This document shows positions 48,058-58,401 of a DNA stretch of 64,000 bases, in pieces. The translations under genes were made by a program, and so were the position numbers. The notes beneath the pieces are model-generated. The model ran no database searches and was not told the DNA's origin. It saw only the letters and a list, made by a program, of their open reading frames with translations. The stretch's first letter is position 1. Each line of letters starts with the position of its first letter. Origin of the DNA: Blastocladiella emersonii ATCC 22665 (Eukaryota > Fungi > Blastocladiomycota); the NCBI GenBank assembly GCA_025594325.1, contig JANHCV010000007.1, positions 1,426,001-1,490,000 on the forward strand. Direction: 5' to 3'.

Positions 48058-49197
48058 TGGGTCAATATGTTGAACGTTCGAAGTCAACGAAATCTCTGTG
48101 CGACCCGCTTCGCTTCGCTGAGGGTGATCCGTCTTGTGAAGCTGAACGGGCGCATCGAGCCCCTCTGCGGGCAGCTCAACCGCACCGTGATCGCATCCGA
48201 CCAGAGTTCAAGTGTACACGCACACGCGGGGACCGAGTGCGAGACGCGTCTCGGACCAGCCGCGCGTGATGCACGTGAGAATCGCGTCATCCCGACCACT
48301 TGTTCTGTTTTGATCGCCGCCACGGGGGAGCGGCCGCCCGCCCGACCGTCGCACCGCTCATCTCGACCGGTCGTCCCCGCTTCCCCCCTCCTCTTTTGTT
48401 CCTTTGATTGTTCAGTTGCTAGTCTAGCCGTCGTCGATACATTCTGTTCCTCTCTGTATCGTCACGGCTGCGCATCCAGCTTAGCTTCCACCTCCCTGTC
48501 AAGTACGCTACTCTGTTTCCTTCTATAGGTTATGAGCCCTGAGTTCGATTCCGTCTGCGCTCGATATTTGCCTCGTCGTCAGCACCGGGATAAGCAGTTG
48601 AGATTGTGCGGTAGACGCTGGTCGCGTGTGTGACCGCGGCGGCTGGGCCCGAGACGACTCAAAAGTGGCGCTCCGAAAGCTCAGGTCCATTCGGGAGGTA
48701 CATTGGCGAGGATTGCATTCAGTAGGAGCTTTACATTAGGTCTCGTACAGGGCATGTGTGGGAGCAAACCTGAACGGCGTTTGCTCAAGCGTTCGCTGCC
48801 TCACGGCCATATCAAGCATCACGTGAGTGGCGCAACGCGTCTCCGGTGTAGTGTGGGGTGCAAGCACGACCCGGTGCGCATATCACCGCTGCTTCGTCTC
48901 GCGTTTGTCACGCGGGGACGCGTCTCCCAGTCACAGTCACGCCGCGTTCGCAATGCGTGTTCGCACGCCATCCATCCCGTCCGCGGGAGACTTGGGTGCG
49001 AGGCAACACAACAGATGAGAGCCCATACATGTGAACGGGCCGGACCCTTCCATACGCCCCGCGCGACCGCTGCGCTCTCCATTTCTCATCCGCGACCCAT
49101 GAACATTCGTGCTCCCGAGACGACTCCACTCCACTCCACCACTCCACTCACTTGATCCTGACTCTCATTCACCACGGCTACACACTCGTCGCTACGA

Positions 49198-52100
49198 ATG
49201 GAACAACCCGCCGACATGGCTTGCAGCTCGCCATCCTCACCGCGCCGGCCCCGGCCCCGGCCCCAGCGGTGGCGCGCGGTTGCTGCGCTCGCGCTGCTCG
49301 CGGTGCTCGGCTTCGCGATCCGGTCCGCGCACGCCCAGACTGTCCGCGCGCTGCCCACCTGTCTCGACGCCGCCACGACGCGTCCTTTCGGCTGGACGAA
49401 CCAGATTATCCCGCCGGGCGTCCAGTCCGTGCAACAGCCGCCGCCGTTGGTTAAGCTCGAGTACAATGCGTGGGGGAGGTACGCGCGATCATGGACGACT
49501 CGGCTCGGGTTGCGAGTTGCACCAACTGACGACCCCCTTGCGCGCATACTGTAGTGCCAACCTCACGGGCTACATCGCGGCCATCCTGCTGCGCGAGGTC
49601 ATGGGCGTTAACGTCTCGCTGCTCGAGTACTCGAGTTCGAGCGGTACCTTCCCCCGTCTCGCCTCGGGCAACGTCTCGGCCAACGTCGAGCTGTGGGCCG
49701 CCAACAAGGTGGCTCTCTACAACACCTACGTGACCCAGCAGGGCACGGTCGAGGATCGTACGTCTTGCCGCTGCAGTCGCCTCGCCTCGATGCCGTACAC
49801 TCACACGCGTAACTTCTAGTCGGCTTCGTAGGCTACGCGGCCAAGACCTCGCTCTTCATCAACACGGCCGTGGCCGACGCCAACCCGGGGCTCATCTTCG
49901 ACAGCTGGCACTCGTACCAGCAGCAGTCGCCGGTGCTCGCCAACCTACTCCCGGTCGGCACAACGCCGCCCGCGCGCAACGCCGACGGCTCGTACATCTG
50001 CAACCCGGCCAAGTACTCGTTCTGCAGCACCGAGGGCACCTTCATCCCGCCGCAGTGCCAGGGCGCCAACCGCGCGTCGTGCCGCGAGCTGTGGCACATC
50101 TCGCCCAGCTACTCGTCGGGCCAGACCGAGCAGCTGATCATCAGCCTCAACCTCAAGCTCGTCGTCGTCTACCTCGGCAGCAGCTTCACGGCCAAGGTCA
50201 CCGAGTGCGCGCGCCAGGGCAACTACGGCTGCATTTTCTATTACTGGGTTCCAGAAGTCATCCCCGCCACCAACAACCTGACCGCCGTCAACCTCCCGCC
50301 CTACTCGTCGACGTGCTACGCCAAGTTCAACGCGACCAACGCCGGCGGCGCGGGCCAGTCGCTCACCTGCGACTGGGGCGCTGGTACGTCTTCGTATCAG
50401 CTTCTGTCCCGTGGCCACGACTCATTTTTCGTGACGCGACGCGTGTAGAGCTCCTCATGAAGGTCGGGTCCGCGACGATGCACACCACGGCGCCCTACGT
50501 CTCCGCGTTCATGCGCCTGCTCAAGCTGCGCGACGTCGACATCAACGGGCTCCTGCTCCAGTTCGCGTCCAACAGCCAGGCCGATGTGGTACGTCACTCG
50601 CTGCGGGTCTACTTCTCATGGTCCTCGTACTAACTCGCGATTGCGACCGTAGCCCGCGTGCGACTGGATCCGCAACAACAAGAACCTGTGGACATCGTGG
50701 ATCCCGGCCCCGCCCACCGACTACAGTACGCCCTTGCTCGTCCGTGACTCTGCCTCCGCCACTCGCTGACACAACGACCATCTATCTAGTCCGCTACCTC
50801 GACGAGCTGCAGGTGAGCGAGGGCGTGACCGTGGCCGTGCTGATCCTGACAGCGCTCGTGCTCTTCTCGGTCCCGGCGTTCCTCGGGCTCCTCTACTACT
50901 ACCGCAAGCAGCCGGCCGTGCGCTCGCAGTCGCCGCCGTTCATGGGCCTGATCACCATGGGTGTGGGCATTGTCGGTATCTCGGTTGCTCTCGAGGTCAC
51001 CACCCCATCGGCATCGACGTGCGCGGCGCGCACCTGGCTGCTCGCCCTCGGCGCCGCCGTGGTCCTCAGCAGCATCATCGTCAAGACGTGGCGCATCTTC
51101 ACCATCTTCGGCAACCGGCAGATGCAGCGCATGAAGCTCGGCAACACCAAGCTGATGATGTACGTCGGGGCGCTGGTCCTGCTCGACATTGTTGTTCTGG
51201 CCGTGTACAACGGGGTCGCGCTGCCGCAGCCGACCATGGCGCAAGTCACGCTCACCACGTACACGTACGTGTGCGGGACGCCGGCGACCGACGGCGCCAT
51301 GGCCATGACGGCGATCCTCGGCGTGTACCACGCGCTGCTGCTCGTCGCGGCCGTGTGGCTCAGCTTCAAGATCCGCAAGGTGGCCAGCACGTACAACGAA
51401 TCCAAGTTCATCGGCATGGCGTCGTACCAGATCCTGGTCGCGTGCGCGATCGTGATCCCCGTCGTGTTCCTGCCCATCAACTTCCGCGCCCAGTTCGTCA
51501 TCAAGTCCATAATCATCCTGCTCGCGTGCTTCGGCGTGCTCGGCCTGCTCGTCGCGCGCCCCGTCATCGAGGCCATGACGACCAGCACCAGCGCGCCCGC
51601 CAGCTCGATGATCCAGTCGGGCATCGGCGCCAAGTCGCACAACAACAACGGGACCGTGCCGCGGACTGCGCCCGTCAAGCCGCCGGCCGTGGGAAACACC
51701 ACGACGGCGACGGTGACGGGCAGCATGGCGCGGACGGGTGTCGGGTCCAGCGGCGACATGGCGGCGACCTCGAACGTGCGGTACGGGCTGCAGTTCAGCA
51801 TGCAGAAGGCGGCGGGTTTGGTGCGCCGATGGTCCGAGGTGCACATGGTCCTGATCATGGGTGCGCATCCGACGCTGCAGGTCAGCCATCCCGAGGCGAT
51901 CCGCGGCACCGTGCACACGGCCGCCGTCACCGCACGCGCGCTTTCGCCCGACGACGCGTCGAAGCTGCCCGGGTGCTTCATTCTCACGCTGCAGACCACG
52001 ACGTGGTTCGTCCAGACCAAGGACGCGGCCGAGGCCGAGGCCTGGGTCGCCGACATTACGGCGGCGTTTGCCGCCGTCAACGCGACGGTGAGCGGCGGCC

Positions 52101-52255
52101 GCCGGGCTCGGTCGGCACGGAACAGCACCGCGGGCCAGTCACGGCAGTCGGTCGACGGCAAGACGGCCGCGAGCACGGCCGCGGGCAGCAAGCAGGCGGG
52201 CGGGACGTCGCCGTCGCCAACCAAGTCGGTCCGGTCGGCGTCGATGACCGAGTAG
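49198..52255 (+). CDS. Class C GPCR-like receptor: signal peptide, OpuAC/glycine-betaine-type periplasmic binding domain, 7tm_3, C-terminal PH domain
   Basis: Exons 49198-49478, 49555-49757, 49820-50383, 50449-50588, 50653-50725, 50790-52255, all GT-AG and in frame. Binding domain: NAWGSANLTGYIAAILLREVMG...ANVELW...YYWVPE...ACDWIRNN..LW.SW. 7TM: VRSQSPPFM, CAARTWLLALGAAVVLSSIIVKTWRIFTIF, YNESKFIG. PH: RRWSEVHMVL...GCFILTLQTTTWFVQTKDAAEAEAWVADI. Confidence 0.88.
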
Positions 52256-52494
52256 TTGGTGTGATTGCGCCGACGGGTGATGATGATACCAAGCGTGTTT
52301 AGCACTTGTCTAACCCAAACCTATCCGTGAACGTGTTTCCTTGACCGCGACGGGGATCAGTTCACTGCCCGACCTCGCCACCCGGCGGCCAGCCCGGCGG
52401 CCATGGCCACGCTCGGGCTGACGCGCGCCGCTCGAGCTGTGGCGGTGGCTGTGATAGCGCCGGGCGGCTCCACGCGCGGAGACACTCGGAAGCG

Positions 52495-52514
52495 ACGCGT
52501 CGCGCAAACACGTT
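52495..52514 (+). promoter_or_regulatory. Variant composite element ACGCGT-CGCGCAAA-CACGTT
   Basis: Same 8-nt spacing as the other copies, one mismatch in the E-box. It lies 108 nt upstream of the permease ATG. Confidence 0.35.
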
Positions 52515-52622
52515 TTCGGGAGACACGGAATTTTCCGAGCCGCTGCCGCTGACATCGAAGCGCGCGCCGCTCTCGTCCCTCTCCACTCCGCTCTCCCCTC
52601 ATCAACTTGCACATTTGCAACC

Positions 52623-54414
52623 ATGCCAGTCCATGCATCGCCCGAACCCAAGCCAGTGAGCCCGACCACGCCGCTAGGAGGGCCGAGCGGCGGCGGCGCC
52701 GGCGGATCGACGTCGTCCCTCGGGTCGGCCAACTCGCAGACGGGGCTGCTTCCCAGTGGCGCACCCGCTGCCGACCCTGCATCGGCCGTGCAACCGCCGG
52801 CCGCGGCGAACGGCGCACTTCGACGCGAGCTCGGTGTCGTGGGAGCCGTGGGACTCGGGCTGTCGTACGGCCCTCCCGCGCGACCCGATCCCGATCTCTC
52901 GCTTACAAGGGCGCATGTAGGTCGATTCTCGGCACCGGTGTCTTTGTCTCGATCGGCCTCGCCGCGCAGGTGTCCGGGTCGCTCGGCGTCCTGATCGCCA
53001 TCTCGCTCGCGTGCGTCACGGCGACGTGCAACGCGCTCAACTCGGCCCAGCTGGCTGCTGCGTACCCTGTCTCTGGTACGTGCTCTAGGGCTCGTGAGCT
53101 GGATGTAGCTGACTCGCGTCGTTCCCACAGGTGGCACGTACGAGTACGCGTACCGCCTCGTGCACCCGCTCGTCGGGTTCATGGCCGGCTGGATGTTTCT
53201 GTGCGCCAAGATTGCGTCAGGGTACGATCGGGATCGCTGTCACTTCACGCAAGATTATTCTGACCCTCTTCCCGACATGTAGCGCCTCGGCGGCCGTCGG
53301 TTTCGCGAGCTACTTGCTGATGCTGACGCGCGGCAACCTGTTCTCGTCCTCGGCCACCACCATCGCGCCGCCCTCGACCGGCCTGGTGCTCGGCATCGCC
53401 GTCGGCTTGATCCTGCTCCTCACCGCCATCGTCTACTTTGGCCTCAAGCTGTCGAACCGCGCCAACTGGGCCATCCTGTCGCTGACACTCTCGTCGCTCC
53501 TCTTCTTCTCGCTCGTCGGCCTGTCGGCCGTCCACGCGCCGCCCGAGTCGGAGCGGTGGACATCCCCGAAATACCCGGACCGCTCGCCCGCCATCAACAT
53601 CCTCGAGGCCTCGGCGCTCATGTTTGTCGCCTTCACGGGCTACGGCCGCGTGGCCACACTCGGCGACGAGGTGCGGGAGCCGCGCGTGACGATCCCGCGT
53701 GCCATCATCGCGACGCTCATCGTCTCGGGCGCGTTGTACCTCGGCGTTGGCGCGGTCGCCGTCCTGGCCGCACCTTCGCTCGCCAACCTCGCGCCCACGG
53801 TCCCGGGTGTCGCGCCGCTCAGCACCGTCGCGCTCGCCGCGTTCCCACCCGCACTCCGCGTCCCCGCGGCCGCCATCGTGGCCATCGGCGCCATGGCCGC
53901 CATGGCGGGCGTGCTGCTCAACCTCGTCCTCGGCCTTTCGCGCATGGTCCTCGCCATGGCGCGGCGCGGCGACATGCCGGCCGTGTTCATGCGCATCGAC
54001 GCGCGCACGGGGAGCCCGGGACCCGCGGTGCTCCTGATCGGCGGCGCCCTCGCGGCCACGGTCCTCGGAACGTACGGCGCGCTCGCGCTGACGTGGACGT
54101 TCAGCGCGGTCACGGTGCTGCTGTACTACGCCGTGTGCCACCTCGCGGCGCTCAAGCTCGACGACGCGCGGCGCCGGTTCGGCAAGGCGTGGGCGTACGC
54201 GGGGATCGTGTTCTGCGTCTCCCTCGCGGTGTTCGTCGACGCCAAGACGTGGGCGGCGGCGGCTATCGTGCTCGCGGTCGGGCTCGCGTGGCACGGCGGC
54301 ATGCAGAAGGCGTACGGCGAGGCGGCTGAGATGGGGCCCGCGTACAAGCGCGGCCGGTTCCTGGTGCCTGCCGTGCGCGGCGGGGAGGTGGAGCCGGAGT
54401 CTGGCGACGAGTAA
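52623..54414 (+). CDS. APC-superfamily amino-acid permease (AA_permease_2), bacterial-type
   Basis: Exons 52623-52864, 52921-53075, 53131-53221, 53283-54414. Motifs SILGTGVF (TM1), LAAAYPVSGGTYEY, GFMAGW, FVAFTGYGRVATLGDEVREPRVTIPRAI, GLSRMVLAMARRGDMP. About 12 TM segments. Confidence 0.9.
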
Positions 54415-54745
54415 TGAAGCAATAGACTTGATGCGCACCATTCGTCGCTCGAAGGCCCAAGGAAACGTGTTGCGCCACACGGGGTGCCTGACCCCAGATG
54501 ATGACTGCTGCGCCGTGCCGCGGCGGCTGTTGACCCTTGAGCGCGAGTTGCGCACGAGCCGAGCGGTCGCCGGCGCCCGGGTTCTGGCGCTTGGCGAGCG
54601 ACGCACGGGCGCTCGAGGAGGGACGCGCCGCGACCGTCGACGCGCAACCCACGGCGGCGAGGAGCACGAGAGTGAGCGCGGCGAGCACGGGCAGCGCGCG
54701 GGCGGCGCGGCGCAACGTGGTTGTGGTGTCGGTGGAAGAATGCAT
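54263..54745 (-). CDS. Candidate small secreted peptide precursor (signal peptide, then SLAKR|Q); 3' end uncertain
   Basis: ATG 54745; RRAARALPVLAALTLVLLAAVGCASTVAA is signal-peptide-like, followed by a Kex2-like KR. The open frame runs 152 nt antisense into the permease CDS, so the true end is doubtful. Confidence 0.33.
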   Translation of the reverse strand: MHSSTDTTTTLRRAARALPVLAALTLVLLAAVGCASTVAARPSSSARASLAKRQNPGAGDRSARAQLALKGQQPPRHGAAVIIWGQAPRVAQHVSLGLRATNGAHQVYCFITRRQTPAPPPRRARQAPGTGRACTRAPSQPPRRTPSACRRATRARPRAR

Positions 54746-55309
54746 GGTGTGTGTGTGTGGATCAGGGTCGAGTCTCGGTTGCGGATGGATGCGGGTGAGG
54801 CGCTGCGAGCGGTCGAGAGGGACGCGGCGGGCGCGGCCGCTACTTGACGGCGCGGGGCCCGCTGAGACCGCGCCGCGGGCCTCGGATGCGGCAGGCGGCG
54901 CTGGATCGCGTCGACCCCGGCGAGGGGCGGCGTCTCAAACGGCCGTGTCGTCGCGGTGGTCGCCGAGCAGGCGGGCCGCGAACGGGAGCCTCTGCCGGTT
55001 GCCGCGTCGGTCGCCGGGGCCGCAGGTCTCACGCCGGCGCGGTCTGGGCGCTCATGGCAGGTGGCGCAGCATCCAGTTGCATGGAGTGTCTCGGCAAGGG
55101 TGCGAGCCCGCGTGAAAGCGTGCATGGCGAGAGAGAGAACGCGTGCGGCGAGATGCGCGCGAACGGAAACGGAAACCGACGCGCCGCTCAGCGCGCCGCT
55201 CGTCACATGATATCGCAACGCGTCTCGCACGTCTCGCGCGTCTCGCGCGTCTCGAAGCGCGAGCGGCCGAGGAGCCACAGATCGCTACTCGGGTAGCAGG
55301 TTGCCCCAT

Positions 55310-56313
55310 GTGTGGCGGCTCAAGCCACGCCACCCTCCGCCAAACACTCGTCGCTCGTTTCACCGCACCGCACGCGCAACACGACGCGTCGCGACACGCG
55401 CCGAAAAAACACGTGGGCAGCTCCGACCAAACAAACGACGCCGCCGGGTCGGTCGCCAGCTCCCCACAAGCGTAGATCGTGACGCAGGAACTCAACCCCC
55501 ACCATGCAAACTTCGTGCAACGACCCTCGCCCGCCAGGCCGCGCTCGATGGCGGCCACGGTCGATCGCGCTGGCGCCGAGCCGAGCACCCCCGAACAGAC
55601 TCGCGTGAGCGGTGCCCACTCGCGTCAGCTCGTAGCCCGCAGCTGCCATCAGCGCCGCTATTCCGCTCACAAAAACTCTTCCGTAGGCACAGTGGGGCCC
55701 GGCGTCCGCGCCCTCGCGGTGGGCACGGACGCGCGTGCACTCGCCCCCATGGTGCGCTCGCGCCCTGCGCGTACCCAGGCGCGCGCGCGTGCGGTTGCTC
55801 GCCAGGACTGGCGCCCCACAAAATCCTCTGCGCGCTCTCGGACTCAATATACACTCTCTAACCATGAAACCACACGAGTGAACTGGAAACGCCCGCTGGC
55901 TCGCGCCCTGCACCTACGAGTCGGGCTTCTTGGCCCGTACTGTTGATCGGGGTGTGACTAGACTGAGCCTCATACCCGCTTTCACCCGCGAGGTCCTTGT
56001 CCGTGTCTCTGTCACTCAGCGGACGCGATTGCAGAGTACAACTTCCGCAAGTCGTTCACGCGACGGTCCTTACTGTAGCTGTGTGCGTGTACGCAAGTTC
56101 ACGTCCTCAACGTGTTACATAATTTTCCACCAAGGGTCAATTTTTTTTCTTTAGCGGGAAGCTGCGCGGGAAGTCGCTTCCGCCGTGTCGAGTCGCCACG
56201 TGTTTTTTCGACGCGTGTCGCGACGCGTCGTGTTGCGCGTGGTGAGCGTGTGCGGTGCGGTGAAACGAGCGACGAGTGTTTGGCGGAGGGTGGCGTGGCT
56301 TGAGCCGCCACAC
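55310..56313. repeat. Long inverted repeat (107-bp arms, 779-bp spacer); MITE/foldback-like element or duplicated promoter module
   Basis: 55310-55416 matches the reverse complement of 56196-56313 at 106/107, apart from an 11-nt insertion (acgctcaccac) in the right arm. CCAT flanks both sides (55306-55309, 56314-56317). Confidence 0.85.
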
Positions 56314-56698
56314 CCATGTGGACCGCGGAAGCATGAGAACTGGAAGAAGCGCAGGGCGGAAGCGCAGGGCGGAAGCGCCCTCCGCGTTCGCTTCATGCGG
56401 TCGACACGCCCCCCTTCCGCTGGGCGGCCAATCAGCGCGGCCGTGGAAACAAACATCCGAGCTCAACACCCGATGCCGCACGTGCACGCGTCGAGGGAAA
56501 CGCGCCGGCGCGCCGGGAGTGGCAGGTGCAGCGAAAACGGGGAGCAGCGCTCACCCAAGGCGGCAGGTCGGCGCGCGCAAACGCGACCACGGCTCGCCCG
56601 CGCTTCCTCGCCGTTGCCGGGCTTCTCTTTGGGGTTGCGGAAGCTGGTGGCGACAAGGGAAACGGCCATGCTTGACGCTCAAGGCGGGCGGCCACGGG

Positions 56699-56707
56699 TA
56701 TAAAAAG
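56699..56707 (+). promoter_or_regulatory. TATA box (TATAAAAAG), with CCAAT at about 56428
   Basis: A canonical TATA in otherwise GC-rich DNA, about 92 nt upstream of ATG 56799. Confidence 0.55.
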
Positions 56708-56798
56708 CACCGCGTACCCCGCCTCCTCGCTCGCTCTCACCATCGTCCGCCCCCCAAGAACTACGCATCGACCCGTCTTCGCCATCACCACCATCGCC

Positions 56799-57728
56799 AT
56801 GCCCGCCACGGCCGCCGAGAACCACGCCAAGGACGGCCACACCGGCACCGACGCCAACCCCACCAAGCCCAAGGCCGCCCCCGCCGCTGCCGCTCCGCCC
56901 GGCGCGCGCTCCGGCTACTACGGCGGCATCGATATCCCGTACCCGATCCCGTACGGTCGCGCCGCCGCCCGCGGTGGTGCGCGCGGCGTGTACTTCTGCC
57001 CGCCGTCGCTCTGGGACATGATGCCGCGCGGCGCCGGCGCGTCCGCCCGCGGTGCCGGCGAGGCCCCCGCCGCGCGCTACTGCGAGTGGGGGGATACGCC
57101 GCGCCCGAGCAACTACGGCATGAGCTCGTGCGGGTGGCGCGGCGGCTCCGCCGCCGGTGGGTCACGCGGCGTGTACTTCTGCCCGCCGTCCGTCTGGGAC
57201 ATGATGCCCCGCGGCGCGCCGCCCGTCTGGCTCGCCGGCGGCCCCGAGTTCAACGCCGAGCCGGGATCGTACGCGGGCGCCGAGTCGGGCGCGCGCGGCC
57301 CGGGCCATCGCGGCACCAACGGCACCGAGCCCACCAAGGACGCGTCGGCCGTCAAGACCGAGCCCGAGGAGAACGGCGCTCGCGCTGACGACGCCGAGGC
57401 CGACGCCGACGTGTCGCCGCCGCCGCCCATGGTCGCCTTCGACCGCCCGCCGTGCTGGAACTGCAGCGCGCCCGCCGGCCTCGTCTTTGTTCCCGCCGAC
57501 GCGGCTTCCGAGGCCGGCGCTCGCGGCTGCGGCGACTGGCCGCCGCCGCCGCCCATGTACGGCCCCTACGGCCCGTACGGCCCGTTCGGCTGCGGTCGCG
57601 GTGCACCTGCTGCTCCCGCCGAGGCCGGCGCGCGCGGCGGGTGCTGGCCCCCGCCGCCGCCGTCCATGTACGGCGGCGGCTCGTGTGGCCCGTGCGGTTA
57701 CGGCGGCTATTCTTCTTCGTGGTGCTAA
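56799..57728 (+). CDS. 309-aa Gly/Pro/Ala/Tyr/Cys-rich protein with internal repeats, unknown function
   Basis: Strongly biased host codon usage, TATA promoter, no introns. Repeats: RGVYFCPPS(L/V)WDMMPRGA x2 and EAGARG..(D)WPPPPP(S)MYG x2. Confidence 0.8.
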   Translation: MPATAAENHAKDGHTGTDANPTKPKAAPAAAAPPGARSGYYGGIDIPYPIPYGRAAARGGARGVYFCPPSLWDMMPRGAGASARGAGEAPAARYCEWGDTPRPSNYGMSSCGWRGGSAAGGSRGVYFCPPSVWDMMPRGAPPVWLAGGPEFNAEPGSYAGAESGARGPGHRGTNGTEPTKDASAVKTEPEENGARADDAEADADVSPPPPMVAFDRPPCWNCSAPAGLVFVPADAASEAGARGCGDWPPPPPMYGPYGPYGPFGCGRGAPAAPAEAGARGGCWPPPPPSMYGGGSCGPCGYGGYSSSWC

Positions 57729-57899
57729 GGGCGCCCGCAACGACGGCGCCGCGCTGGTGCCGGCAGATCAGAGCATGTGTCCCTCACCGTTCCTTCCCTC
57801 GTTTTTTTTAAGGCCTGTAATCTTTCAGTTCATGCATCCTCCTTCTACAGTGAGATCTTGAAGACAATAATACCGGAGAGTTGCTGTCAAACGCACCGT

Positions 57900-58120
57900 G
57901 GCTATGGTCGCCGCGGCCTTCATGAGTTGGGCTCCACTATCCAAAGGCGCGGAGAGCGACTCGAGCAGTCCTTCATCGACTTGTCTCACCTCAGGGAACT
58001 AGACGTCGCCGCCTCCGTTTGCCGCGGGGCCAGTGGGGTTAGTTACGCTCCCAGAATTGCGCAACCTTACGATTCGAGGCGATCTCGAGTCACTCCGGGT
58101 GAACGAGTGGCCGAACCAAC
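57900..58120 (+). pseudogene. 3' fragment of the same F-box/LRR family as 46181-48057
   Basis: FIDLSHLRELDVAASVCRGASG/LVTLPELRNLTIRGDLESLRVNEWPN aligns with MIAFPDLVELEVMASVCDALSETTLKALRKLTVHGAPEAIPADLWPN (47812-47952). Frameshift at the GGGG run near 58035. Confidence 0.6.
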
Positions 58121-58378
58121 ATCGAGGCAGCGAGCGTGAGCGACGGACGACCTGTGCGCGAGTGTTGCGTCGCTTCCGCGGCTTCAATCGTTCACGGTGG
58201 CAGTCTCGCTTGGAGCGTGTGTTGCTTCTATGAGCAGTATTTACCGAGTGCTCGAGGAGCCCTGGTTTCCCACGACCGTGCGTTTGAATGCTCGTGTAGA
58301 TCCCTTCCTTTTCGTTCCGCTCGAAAGACGCGGACTTCGACGGCGCTCCCAGCTCGAGGCGCGCGGTGGGGGGCGCGT

Positions 58379-58401
58379 GAGACGCGTCGATCAAACACGT
58401 G
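58379..58401 (+). promoter_or_regulatory. Composite ACGCGT-N8-CACGTG element, copy 3
   Basis: GAGACGCGTCGATCAAACACGTG is identical to 10612-10634 and is followed immediately by another ACGCGT (58402-58407). It is not upstream of any recognised gene. Confidence 0.5.
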
